Positions 17,026-26,274 of a stretch of DNA of 64,000 nt are shown here, in pieces. This DNA comes from Polyangiales bacterium (GTDB taxonomy: Bacteria; Myxococcota_A; Polyangia; Polyangiales; Ga0077539). The stretch is taken from positions 56,842-120,841 of the forward strand of contig JAWKRB010000021.1 in NCBI GenBank assembly GCA_041389885.1, read 5' to 3'. The stretch's first letter is position 1. Each line of letters starts with the position of its first letter. Below the pieces are notes generated by a model. The model did not search any database. It saw only the letters and a list, made by a program, of their open reading frames with translations, and was not told the origin of the DNA. The position numbers were made by a program, and so were the translations under genes.

Positions 17026-18762
17026 TCAGTGTCCCTCGGTGACCTGCCCGCCGTGCGCCACCCGCTGCAGCGCAGGCGTGGTGATCTCGCTGCAGCGCAG
17101 GCGAATCGGCGGCGCGGCGGCCTCGGTCGCGGCGAGCTCCTCGACGGTCGCGCCCTCGAGGTTCAGCACCCGCACCGGCCCGAACGACCGGAGGACCTCC
17201 TTGAGCGGCTGCGTGGCCCGCGGGGGGTCTCCCTCGCGGGGCGTCGCGCAGGCCTGGATCTGCTGCGCGAAGGTCGCGTCTTGAGGGAGCGACGAGAGCG
17301 CCGCGCAGGCCGGGCCCACAGCGACGGGCGCGTCGGCGGTGCCCACGACCACCACCACCGCGCGTTCGGGGTGCACCTGCCGCTGCGCGACCGCGTGCGC
17401 CGCCGCGGGGTCGGTGGCCTGCACGCGGGTGCGAAAGCCGTCGTACCAGTCGTCGGGGAGGTTGTAGGTCCGCAGGTCGTTCACGAGGTCAGCGACGTTG
17501 CCCGCGCTCTCCACGCGCAGCGGAAAGCTGTCGACGAGGAACGAGCGGGTCTGCGCGAGCTCGTCCTCGGGCGGCGCGTCCGACGCGATGCAGCCGACGT
17601 GCGCGAAGAGCGCGTGCAGCGCGTCGCCCGTGACCGCCGTGCGCACGCCGGCGCCGGCGAACCAGGTCCCCGGCTCGATCGACGAGGTCGCGCGGGTGTA
17701 CGCGCCGTAGGTCAGCGAGCGGAGCTCGCGGAGGTCCATGAAGAGGCGAGACGCGACGCCGCCGCCGAGGATCTGGTTGGCGACGGTGAAGGGCACCCAG
17801 TCGTCGTCCCGGCGGCGCATCCCGAGGTTGCCCACGCGCACGACGCTCTGCGCCGAGTTGGGGCGATTCACCAGCACCACCTGCCGCCCCGACGGGGTCG
17901 GCACGGCGGGGAAGCGCACGGCCGGCGCGGCGCCCCGGCGCACGCGGCCCAGGGTGCGCGTGAGCAGCGGGTCGAGCTGCGCGGGCAGCACGTCGCCCAC
18001 CACCACGAGCCGCATGTTGCCCGCGACGTAGCGCTGCTGGTGGTAGCGCACCATGTCCGCGCGGGTCATGCGCTGCAGCGCCGCGGGGGTGGTGTCGGTG
18101 TGGCCGTAGGGGTGCGCCGCGCCGTAGATCGCCTGCGCGAAGGCCCGCGAGAGCTGCCACCCCGGGTCGTTCAGCGCGCGGGTCAGCCGGTCGCGCTCGC
18201 GGTTCTTGTACTTGGTGATCTCCGACTGCGGAAAGGTCGCGTCGACCACCACCTCGGCGAGGAGCGAGAGCGCGGTCTGCGCGTGCTCCTTGAGCACCGA
18301 CACGCTGAGGATGGTGACGTCGGACGTGGTGAGCACCGAGATGCTCCCGCCCACGAACTCGATGGTCTCGGCGATCTGCGCGCTGGTCTTGGCGCGGGTG
18401 CCCTCCTTGAGCATGTCGCCCGTCGCCGCGGCGAGGCCCGGGAGGTTCGCCGGGTCTGAGCCCGAGCCCGCGCCCACGGTGAGCCGGAGGTGCAGCACCG
18501 GGAGCGTGTGGTACTCGACGAAGTTCACCTCCATCCCGTTGGGCAGGCGCGTGCGACGAATCGCCGGGAGGTGCACGTCGCGCGCGGGCCCCGGCTCGGG
18601 CACGCTCGCGCGCACCACGGGCCGCGGGGCCTCGGGGGCGCCGGCGTCGGCGTCGGCGACCGGCGTCGGCGCGGGGGCGGGCGCGGGCGCGGGCGTGGGC
18701 GCGCTGCGGCACGAGAGCGCGAGGAGCGCGGCGAGAGAGGCGGCGATGGAGCTTCGGGTCAT
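17026..18762 (-). CDS. M16-family peptidase-like protein, non-catalytic subunit type (no HxxEH), with N- and C-terminal extensions
   Basis: The signal is MTRSSIAASLAALLALSC. M16 fold motifs include LPNGMEV, GAGSGSDP and RLFMDLRELRSLTYGAY. The ATG at 18762 was confirmed by count. It lies 17 nt after the upstream M16 gene. Confidence 0.88.
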   Translation of the reverse strand: MTRSSIAASLAALLALSCRSAPTPAPAPAPAPTPVADADAGAPEAPRPVVRASVPEPGPARDVHLPAIRRTRLPNGMEVNFVEYHTLPVLHLRLTVGAGSGSDPANLPGLAAATGDMLKEGTRAKTSAQIAETIEFVGGSISVLTTSDVTILSVSVLKEHAQTALSLLAEVVVDATFPQSEITKYKNRERDRLTRALNDPGWQLSRAFAQAIYGAAHPYGHTDTTPAALQRMTRADMVRYHQQRYVAGNMRLVVVGDVLPAQLDPLLTRTLGRVRRGAAPAVRFPAVPTPSGRQVVLVNRPNSAQSVVRVGNLGMRRRDDDWVPFTVANQILGGGVASRLFMDLRELRSLTYGAYTRATSSIEPGTWFAGAGVRTAVTGDALHALFAHVGCIASDAPPEDELAQTRSFLVDSFPLRVESAGNVADLVNDLRTYNLPDDWYDGFRTRVQATDPAAAHAVAQRQVHPERAVVVVVGTADAPVAVGPACAALSSLPQDATFAQQIQACATPREGDPPRATQPLKEVLRSFGPVRVLNLEGATVEELAATEAAAPPIRLRCSEITTPALQRVAHGGQVTEGH

Positions 18763-18779
18763 GGCGTTCGTTCTCTCTC

Positions 18780-20123
18780 TCACTCCGCCGCCGCCGCCGG
18801 CGGGACCACGTCGAGCACGGTGCGGTTGGGGGTCAGCAGGTGCTCCCGCGCGACGCGCTGGATGTCGGCCGCGCTCACGGCGAGGTAGCGGTCGAGCTCG
18901 GTGCGCAGCAGCGAGGCGTTGCCGTCGTAGAGCTCGAACTCGGCGAGGTAGCGCGCGCGGGCGAGGTTGCTCTGCAGCCCGAACACGAAGCGGTGGCGCA
19001 GGCGGTTGCGGGCCTTGTCGATCTCCGCCGGGGTGACCCCCCGGTCGGCCACGGCGCGGATCGTCTCGTCGATCACCGCGCGGGCCTCGGCGCCGGTGTG
19101 GTTGCCCGCGACGACGCCGAAGGCGATGAAGAGCTCGGGGCCGCGGCGGTCGTCGGTCTCGACGTTGATCGCCGCGAGGATCTCCCGCTCCTTCACCAGC
19201 GTCTGGTGCAGCCGCGAGCTCTCGCCGTCGGCGAGCACCGTGGCGAGCATCTCGAGGGCGTAGTGGTCCGGCGTGCGGCGGTTGGGGATGTGCCAGAGCA
19301 CGTGGAACGCCGCGCTGCGGGCGTGGGGGTCGGTCATCGTCTCGCTGCGCGGCTCGGTCTGCCCCGCGAAGCCGGGGTCGACCCACCGCGGCGCGTGCCG
19401 CGCGGGGATCATCGCGAAGTGCGAGCGCACCATCGCCATCGCCTGCGCCGGGTCGAAGTCGCCCGCGATGGAGAGCACGGCGTTGTCGGGCGCGTAGTAC
19501 TGGTCGTGAAAGGCCCGCACGTCGGCGAGCGACGCCGCGCGCAGGTCGGCCATGTCGCCGATGGTGCTGTGCTCGTACGGGAAGTACCCCTGAAACGCGA
19601 GCTCGTCCCTCCGCAGGAACGACAGCGCGTAGGGGCGGTTCTCGTACGACTGCCGCCGCTCCTCCATCACGGTCTGCCGCTGGTTCTCGAAGTTCTCCGC
19701 GGTCACCGCGAGGGAGCGCATGCGGTCGGCCTCGAGAAAGAGCCCCACCTCCAGCGCGTTCGCCGGGAGCGTCTCGAAGTAGTTCGTGCGGTCGACGTTC
19801 GTGGTGCCGTTGAGCGATCCGCCGCGGGTGGAGATGTGGCGAAAGTGCTCGCCCTTGGGCACGTTCGCGCTGCCCTCGAACATCATGTGCTCGAAGAGGT
19901 GCGCGAAGCCCGAGCGCCCGCGCTCCTCGACCCGCGAGCCCACGTCGTAGTACACGGCCACGGCCACGGTGGGCGCGCTGTGATCGGGCGAGAGCACCAC
20001 CCGCAGCCCGTTGTCGAGCCGCTCGACCTGCACCGGGATCGGCAGCTCGTCGGCCTCCGCCACGCCGCCGCACATCGCCGCCGCGAGCACCGCCGCACCC
20101 AGGAACGTTCGCCTTCGCACCAC
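18780..20123 (-). CDS. M16-family zinc peptidase (pitrilysin-like), catalytic subunit type
   Basis: The HxxEH motif is GFAHLFEHMMFEG. The signal is RRRTFLGAAVLAAAMCGGVAEA and the start is GTG. Confidence 0.9.
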   Translation of the reverse strand: MVRRRTFLGAAVLAAAMCGGVAEADELPIPVQVERLDNGLRVVLSPDHSAPTVAVAVYYDVGSRVEERGRSGFAHLFEHMMFEGSANVPKGEHFRHISTRGGSLNGTTNVDRTNYFETLPANALEVGLFLEADRMRSLAVTAENFENQRQTVMEERRQSYENRPYALSFLRRDELAFQGYFPYEHSTIGDMADLRAASLADVRAFHDQYYAPDNAVLSIAGDFDPAQAMAMVRSHFAMIPARHAPRWVDPGFAGQTEPRSETMTDPHARSAAFHVLWHIPNRRTPDHYALEMLATVLADGESSRLHQTLVKEREILAAINVETDDRRGPELFIAFGVVAGNHTGAEARAVIDETIRAVADRGVTPAEIDKARNRLRHRFVFGLQSNLARARYLAEFELYDGNASLLRTELDRYLAVSAADIQRVAREHLLTPNRTVLDVVPPAAAAE

Positions 20124-20201
20124 CGCTCCGCCCTCACTCCCTCGCCGCGGGTCCGCCGCGGCGATGCCGTGGGTAGCACCCCCGACGGGTCGCGTTCAAG
20201 C

Positions 20202-21389
20202 TCAACGCCCCAGCAGCGCCGAGAGCATGGTCCCGACGCCCAGCAGGGCCGAGGCCACGCCGAAGGCGGCGACGAAGAGCGCGGGGTACGGGTGCCGGTC
20301 GATGAAGCGCGACCAGCCCCCGTTCACCCGCTTGAGCCCGGTGCACGGGCACTCCACCGGGTTGCGCCCCTGCATCGCCCGGGTGATCCGCGACGCGAGC
20401 TCGGCCACCGAGTCGAAGCGCTTCGCGGGGTCTTTCTCGAGGCCCCGGCGAAGGATCCAGGTGTACTCCGGCGGCACGTGGTGCCTGTGGTGCATGTCGA
20501 TGGCGCTCATGGGCTCCTCGGTCTTCACCGCCTCGAGCAGCGCCTCGACGTCGGGCTTGGGCTCGAGGTAGTGCCGGAGGGTGAAGAGCTCGAAGAAGGT
20601 CGCGCAGAGCGCGTACACGTCGGCGCGGCGGTCGGTGCGGTCGTGCTCGCCCCGCGCCTGCTCCGGCGGCATGTACGCGGGCGTGCCGATGGCGAAGCCC
20701 AGCATCGTCGACGCCTGATCGCCGCCCCCGCGCGAAGCGGCGTTGGTGTTCCCCGGGCCGCCGACGCGCTTGGCGAGCCCCCAGTCCATCAGGACCACCT
20801 CGCCGTAGGTGCCCACCATGATGTTCCCGGGCTTGATGTCGCGGTGAATCAAGCCCTTGTTGTGCGCGAACTCGACGGCGCGGCACACGCCGAGAAAGAT
20901 CCGCGCGCGCTCCTCCATGGTGAACCTCGCCTCGGCCGCGGGGTCGCCCTCCCGCAGCCGGCGGATCACCGTCTCGAGGTCCTCGCCGTCGAGGTACTTC
21001 ATCACGAAGAAGTACCCGGCCTCGTCGAGGCCCACGTCGTGCACCGTCACGATGCCCGGGTGCTCGAGCTTGCCGACGATCTGAATCTCCTCGGCGAAGC
21101 GCTGCAGCGTGTCGGCGTCGTGCGCGTCGGGCTTCAGCCGCTTGAGGGCCACCAGCCGGTCGATGTCGTTGTCGAGCACCAGGTCGACCTCGCCGAAGGA
21201 GCCCTCCCCCAGGCGCTGGAGCACCTCGTAGCGAGGCTTCTCGGGCTGCGGGTGCGCCTCGCTCGCGGCCAGCGCCCTCGGGAGCACCGCCACCGAGCGC
21301 GAGCCCACGCCGACCTGCGCCCTCGCGCCCGGGGTCGTGCTGAGCAGGGTCGCGGCGCTCGACGCCTCTTGTGAATCCGCGGGGGGCAT
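20202..21389 (-). CDS. Ser/Thr protein kinase, tail-anchored, with DWG in place of DFG
   Basis: GEGSFGEV, VALK, HRDIKPGNIM, LMDWGLAK and PPEQ are present. The C-terminal TM is ALFVAAFGVASALLGVGTMLSALL. The start is ATG 21389 (MPPADSQ). Confidence 0.85.
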   Translation of the reverse strand: MPPADSQEASSAATLLSTTPGARAQVGVGSRSVAVLPRALAASEAHPQPEKPRYEVLQRLGEGSFGEVDLVLDNDIDRLVALKRLKPDAHDADTLQRFAEEIQIVGKLEHPGIVTVHDVGLDEAGYFFVMKYLDGEDLETVIRRLREGDPAAEARFTMEERARIFLGVCRAVEFAHNKGLIHRDIKPGNIMVGTYGEVVLMDWGLAKRVGGPGNTNAASRGGGDQASTMLGFAIGTPAYMPPEQARGEHDRTDRRADVYALCATFFELFTLRHYLEPKPDVEALLEAVKTEEPMSAIDMHHRHHVPPEYTWILRRGLEKDPAKRFDSVAELASRITRAMQGRNPVECPCTGLKRVNGGWSRFIDRHPYPALFVAAFGVASALLGVGTMLSALLGR

Positions 21390-21470
21390 AGGTGGACCGT
21401 ACCGTCGCCCCCCTGCGGCAGATGTCAAGGGTCTCCCGCGGCCGCGGCTCCGTGCTATGAGCGTCGCGCG

Positions 21471-22301
21471 ATGCCCACGGTGCGACTGGTCGTGCGCTAC
21501 GACGGCGCCCACTTCTCAGGATGGCAACGGCAGCGGGGTGTGCCCACCGTGCAAGAGGCGCTCGAAGACGCGGCCTCGGCGCTGAGCGTGTCGCGGGTGA
21601 TCATTCGAGGCGCGGGCCGCACCGACGCGGGGGTGCACGCGCACGGGCAGCTCGCGGCGTTTCGCACGCCCAAAGAGATCGCGCCTCACGGCTGGCGCCT
21701 GGGCATCAACGGCCGGCTCCCGCCCTCGGTCGCGGTGTGGGACGCGCGGATCGTCCGCGACGACTTCGAGCCCCGCCGCGCGAGCGCGGGCAAGCGCTAC
21801 CGCTACCTCATCCACGCGCACCCCGACCGCGACCCGATGCTGCACCGCCGCGCGTGGTTCCTCTACGGGCCGCTCGACGTCGACGCGATGCGCGCCGAGG
21901 CCGAGTACTTCGTGGGCACCCACGATTTTCGCGCGTTTCGCGCGGCCGACTGCGAGCGCAAGACCACCGTGCGCACCGTCTGGAGCGTGACCGTGCAGCG
22001 GGGCTTCGCCGGGCGGAGCGACCTCGTGTCCATCGAGGTCATGGGCACCGCGTTCCTCAAGAACATGGTGCGGGTGATGGTCGGCACGCTGGTCGACGTC
22101 GGCCGCGGGAGGCGCCCGCCGGGCACCGTGCGCGACCGCCTCGCCGACGGCGACCGCAGCCGCTCGGGCGTCACCGCGCCCCCCGACGGGCTGTACCTCG
22201 ACGAGGTCTTCGTGCGCCCCGAGTGGCTCGAAGAGGACGACGTGCTCAGCCTCGGCCCGAGCGGCGCCTCCGCGGCGTCTGAAAGCGACGACGACGAATG
22301 A
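21471..22301 (+). CDS. truA: tRNA pseudouridine(38-40) synthase
   Basis: YDGAHFSGWQRQ and GAGRTDAGVHA, which contains the catalytic Asp, are present. Confidence 0.92.
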   Translation: MPTVRLVVRYDGAHFSGWQRQRGVPTVQEALEDAASALSVSRVIIRGAGRTDAGVHAHGQLAAFRTPKEIAPHGWRLGINGRLPPSVAVWDARIVRDDFEPRRASAGKRYRYLIHAHPDRDPMLHRRAWFLYGPLDVDAMRAEAEYFVGTHDFRAFRAADCERKTTVRTVWSVTVQRGFAGRSDLVSIEVMGTAFLKNMVRVMVGTLVDVGRGRRPPGTVRDRLADGDRSRSGVTAPPDGLYLDEVFVRPEWLEEDDVLSLGPSGASAASESDDDE

Positions 22302-23065
22302 AGCCCCCCGCCGTGATGGCCTGCGCCGCCCTGCTGCTCCCCGCCCTCGCGAGCGGAGACCCGCCGCCCAAGGTCTGCGTCGCCGTGGTCGGCGACCCCG
22401 ACGAGGCCGTGCGCGCCCTCGCCGACGACGTCAGCACGCGCATCAGCACGAGCGACGCGGTGCGCGGCGTGGCCGACGCCGACTCCCGCGCCTCCCTGCG
22501 CGGCGAGCCGTCGGTCGCGACCAACGACCTCACCGTCGCGCGCCGCGCGCTCCGCGGCACCGACGCCGACCTCCCCGGCCTCCGCGCCCTCGCCGACCAG
22601 CTCGGCTGCGCCTGGTTCGTCGAGGTCGCCGCGCGCCCCGCGGGCACCCTCCTGCGGGTCGTCGACGTGGTGCGGGGCGAGGTGCGCGCGAGCGAGACCT
22701 CGCCGCGGGTTGACGGCGCCGAGGTCGTGGCTCTCGTGCAACGGATGATCGCCTCCCCCGCCCCCTCCCCCGCGTCGAGCCCCGACGGCGGCGTCCCCCT
22801 CGACCCCGACGGCGGCCTCGCCCTCGGCGACGCCTCCGCGCCCGCCCCCGACGCCGCGGCCCCCGCCGCGACCTCCGACGGGGGCGTCTCCCGCGCCGTC
22901 GCCGCGATCACCCCGAGCGCCCACGAGCGCCCGCTCCTGGCCCGCATCTGGCCCTGGCTCCTGGTGGGCGGCATCGCCCTGGTGGGCGCGGCGGTGGCGA
23001 TCCTCGTCGCTCCGCAGCCCGAGACGCAGACGCGCCTGACCATCGTCAACCCAGGCTCGCCGTGA
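22298..23065 (+). CDS. Hypothetical secreted protein with a C-terminal TM anchor
   Basis: The signal is MKPPAVMACAALLLPALASG and the C-terminal TM is IWPWLLVGGIALVGAAVAILV. There is an ATGA overlap with truA. Confidence 0.7.
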   Translation: MKPPAVMACAALLLPALASGDPPPKVCVAVVGDPDEAVRALADDVSTRISTSDAVRGVADADSRASLRGEPSVATNDLTVARRALRGTDADLPGLRALADQLGCAWFVEVAARPAGTLLRVVDVVRGEVRASETSPRVDGAEVVALVQRMIASPAPSPASSPDGGVPLDPDGGLALGDASAPAPDAAAPAATSDGGVSRAVAAITPSAHERPLLARIWPWLLVGGIALVGAAVAILVAPQPETQTRLTIVNPGSP

Positions 23066-24129
23066 GGCCCGGCCGCGCCGTCGCGCTCGCCCTCGCCGCC
23101 GCGCTCGCCCTCCCGGCCTCGGTCGGCGCGCAGCCCGTGAGCCACCGCGACGTGATCTCCGAGCCCGGCGTGTGGCTCGAGGCGCCGTCGCTGCCTGCGG
23201 ACTACGTCGAAGTCCGCCGCGGGGCCATCGCGGTGGCCTACCCCCGCGCGATGGAGCCGCTGGCGGCGCCGATCCTGGCCCGCGCTGAAGAAGACGAGCG
23301 GGCCCTCCGCGCGCGCCTCGGCCTCGCCGCCGCGCCGACGATTCACGTGCGGGTGGTCCCCGACATCGCGACGCTGCGCGCCCTCGCGCCGCGGCAGGCG
23401 CCCCCCCCGGAGTACGCCGTGGGCGTGGCGTACCCGACGATCTCCCTCGCGCTGGTGTCGGTGCGGCAGCACGACCAGAGCTCCACCCCCGCGCTGGGCA
23501 AGGTGTTTCGCCACGAGCTCGCGCACGTCATGCTCGGCCTCGCGACGAACCACGCGCCGGTGCCCCGCTGGTTCGCCGAGGGCCTCGCCATCGAGCAGGC
23601 CGCCGAGCGCACCTTCGAGCGCATGGAGCGCCTCGCGATGGCGTCGTTCTCGGGGGGCTTGATCCCCTGGGGCCGCCTCGACGCGGGCTTCTCCGAGGGC
23701 CGCGGCGAGGTCGACGTGGCCTACGCGCAGTCGGCCGACATGGTGAACTGGATGATCCGCCTCCAGGGCCCCGAGCGGCTGAGCGTGCTCACGATGCACC
23801 TGCGCGAGGGCGTCGCCTTCGACGACGCGGTGCGCGAGACGTGGGGGCGCACCCTCGCGGGCATGGAGCCCACCTGGCGCGACGACGCCCGCACGCGCTT
23901 CACCCTCGCACCCCTGTGGAGCGGCGGGTTCCTCGGCATCGCGGGCACGGTGCTCACCCTCGCCGCGGTGCTGCGCCGACGCAAGCGCGCCAGCAAGACC
24001 CTCGCCCGATGGGAGCGCGAGGAGCGAAATCGCGCGCGGTTTCTGGTGATCGTGCCGGGGCTCACGCCGCTCCCGCCGCTGCGCGGTGAGGTCGACGGCG
24101 CGCCGGTCCCCCCGACCGCGCTGAACTGA
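23062..24129 (+). CDS. Peptidase MA-like (HExxH) envelope protein with a C-terminal TM helix
   Basis: The signal is AVALALAAALALPASVGA. FRHELAHV followed by WFAEGLA is the Peptidase_MA_2-like arrangement. There is a GTGA overlap with the upstream ORF. Confidence 0.75.
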   Translation: MRPGRAVALALAAALALPASVGAQPVSHRDVISEPGVWLEAPSLPADYVEVRRGAIAVAYPRAMEPLAAPILARAEEDERALRARLGLAAAPTIHVRVVPDIATLRALAPRQAPPPEYAVGVAYPTISLALVSVRQHDQSSTPALGKVFRHELAHVMLGLATNHAPVPRWFAEGLAIEQAAERTFERMERLAMASFSGGLIPWGRLDAGFSEGRGEVDVAYAQSADMVNWMIRLQGPERLSVLTMHLREGVAFDDAVRETWGRTLAGMEPTWRDDARTRFTLAPLWSGGFLGIAGTVLTLAAVLRRRKRASKTLARWEREERNRARFLVIVPGLTPLPPLRGEVDGAPVPPTALN

Positions 24130-24164
24130 GCGCGATCGAGCGGGAGAGGCGTCGGCGCGTGGGG

Positions 24165-25079
24165 CTACTGCCCGATGCGGGGGGAGGTCGGGAGGAAGAA
24201 CGTGACGCCGAAGTTCACCATCTGGTTCATATCCAGGCGGCGATCGTTCGAGTCGATGACGCCGAGGCGCCGCCGGGGGTCGGACTGGAAGTAGTTCGCC
24301 ACGGTGTCAGAGACCGTGTCGCTCGAGGCGGAGCTCGAGTCGGTGCCCGAGCGGTTCCACGAGAAGGGCATGAGCCGATACTCGAAGCCGATCGAGACGA
24401 AGCGGTTGATGTAGAAGTTGATGCCGAAGCCCACCGTGGGCGCCACGGCGATGCGGCTCGCCCGCGCGGTCTGCGACGCCAGCGTCGCGCGCTGGATCTG
24501 GTCCGCCGTCTGCCGGTTCGAGCCCGTGAGGTACGGCGTCTCGTAGCTGGGCGACGAGCGCAGGGTCACGTCGGCGCGCTCTTCGACGCCCACGAAGGCG
24601 ACGCCCGCGAGGATGTAGAAGTCGGTGTCGGCGACGAGGTTCTGAAACAGCGCGAACTTGCCGCGCAGCGGCACGAAGGTCGCGTGGACATCGAACAAGA
24701 AATTGCGACGGCCGATCTGGTTCGTGAACTGGCTGGCCCGGGGCACGCTGAAGGTGCCGCCCGGCGACTGCGCACTGATCTGGTCGGTGAGCGCCGTGTC
24801 GATGTGCGCCGGGGCGAAGGCGCCCCAGAAGCCCACGCCGATCCAGTCAGCGAAGTGGTACTCGCCCCGCAGGCCGACGTAGAGCTCTCGCGAGAACTCG
24901 TCGACGAGGGAGATGCCGAAGGTCGGCGTGAGCGCGAAGCGCCCCTGGCGGTACTGCACCAGGCGGGCGACGGAGCGCGCGCCGGCCAGGGGGCCACGGA
25001 GCTGAATTTCCTGAGCGGCGGCGGGCGACGACGCGAGCGCGACACCAGCAAGCACGAGGGGGGCGAGCAGACGCTTCAT
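24165..25079 (-). CDS. Outer-membrane beta-barrel protein (myxobacterial OMP family)
   Basis: The signal is MKRLLAPLVLAGVALASSPAAAQ. Alternating aromatic and hydrophobic strands are visible. It shares the PLRGKFALF / VPLYGKFSMF motif with its neighbour and has VNFGVTFFLP near the C-terminus. Confidence 0.85.
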   Translation of the reverse strand: MKRLLAPLVLAGVALASSPAAAQEIQLRGPLAGARSVARLVQYRQGRFALTPTFGISLVDEFSRELYVGLRGEYHFADWIGVGFWGAFAPAHIDTALTDQISAQSPGGTFSVPRASQFTNQIGRRNFLFDVHATFVPLRGKFALFQNLVADTDFYILAGVAFVGVEERADVTLRSSPSYETPYLTGSNRQTADQIQRATLASQTARASRIAVAPTVGFGINFYINRFVSIGFEYRLMPFSWNRSGTDSSSASSDTVSDTVANYFQSDPRRRLGVIDSNDRRLDMNQMVNFGVTFFLPTSPRIGQ

Positions 25080-25108
25080 CGACGAGTTCCTCGACGGTGC
25101 CTTGGCGA

Positions 25109-26068
25109 TCACTTCGGGAGCCGGTAGTTGAAGGAGAACGGCAGAAAGAACGTGAGGCCCGCGGAGAGCATCACGTTGTCGGTCAGCGCGTTGGACGAGG
25201 TCCAATTCGCCGGGTTGCGGCGACAGTCGGCGCAGGTCGTAGAGGCCCGACCGTTCACGACCGCAGACTCCCGGAAGTTGGTCCGGGTGTTCTCCAGCAG
25301 CTCGGGATAGATGAAATTCCTCAGCTCCAGGGTGATCGCCACGGAGCGGGAGACGAACACGCGGAAGCCGATGCCCGCGTCGAACATGATCGCCGTGTTC
25401 CAGTCGAAGGTGCGAACCTCCGGGTCGATCGCGGGGATCGGCCGGGACCGCATGATCCCGACGCCGGCCGTCAGGTACATGTCCCAGTGGAAGATGAAGC
25501 GGTTGAACATCGAGAACTTCCCGTACAGAGGCACGTACGAGAAGTTCAGCGCCGCCGCGAGCTGGTACTCGTTGATCGGCACCGCGAGCTGCGTCGAGCG
25601 CCCGACGTTGTAGTTCACGTCGGACACGCTGTTGAGCCCCTGGAAGAACACCCCCGTGAGCCCGACGGACAGCACGTTGGAGATCCAGTAGTTCATCGTG
25701 AGGCCGATGCCCGTGTGCGACACGAACGGGTCGTTCAGCGCGACGTTCACCGAGGGGTTGATCTCGAAGCGCCGGTTGCGCAGCGCGTAGATCTGCTGCG
25801 CGGCGTAGATCTCCTCGTTGAGGGGATGGTGCTGCGCCGTCACCTCTCCGCCCGGAACGGTCAGCTGAAGCTGCGCCCCCGTGTCGCCGCTCTGCCCCGC
25901 GGGTGGCGTCGGGGTCTCGGCGGCGGCCTCATCCGCGGAGATAACCATCTCCCCGCTGTCTTGACCCGCCGACGCCCCGCCCGCGGGCGGCTGCTGCGCC
26001 GACGCGGTGAGAGGGACCGTCAACGCGGCCGCGGTCAACATCACCCTGGCGATCGTCGTGCGAGCCAT
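25109..26068 (-). CDS. Outer-membrane beta-barrel protein, paralogue of the downstream gene
   Basis: The signal is MARTTIARVMLTAAALTVPLTASAQ. VPLYGKFSMF and SAGLTFFLPFSFNYRLPK are present. The ATG at 26068 was confirmed. Confidence 0.85.
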   Translation of the reverse strand: MARTTIARVMLTAAALTVPLTASAQQPPAGGASAGQDSGEMVISADEAAAETPTPPAGQSGDTGAQLQLTVPGGEVTAQHHPLNEEIYAAQQIYALRNRRFEINPSVNVALNDPFVSHTGIGLTMNYWISNVLSVGLTGVFFQGLNSVSDVNYNVGRSTQLAVPINEYQLAAALNFSYVPLYGKFSMFNRFIFHWDMYLTAGVGIMRSRPIPAIDPEVRTFDWNTAIMFDAGIGFRVFVSRSVAITLELRNFIYPELLENTRTNFRESAVVNGRASTTCADCRRNPANWTSSNALTDNVMLSAGLTFFLPFSFNYRLPK

Positions 26069-26274
26069 CGTGCTTCCTGTCCTCAACCCCACCGGTTCCT
26101 CACGTGCCGGCGTCACCTTCGAAGACTCACCGTGTTGCGTGCTCATGTTCGAAGTTCGCGTGCCTCGCCAGAGCGGCGGGGCGGACCCTAACATAGCGCG
26201 TTCGAGCGTCGCAATACTGCTCTGCACCGAGCCGCCGATGCGACGCAAATCATTGTGCTGCAAGGGTTTTCTAC

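Noticed and set aside
17026-20073. Single 1015-aa ORF spanning both M16 genes, and the 844-aa 18840-21374(+) ORF
   Set aside because: Only the last 578 codons, from ATG 18762 with a signal peptide, look like protein. The upstream part is a shadow of the separate HxxEH peptidase gene (18780-20123), which is in another frame. The plus-strand ORF is antisense shadow over the peptidase and kinase genes.
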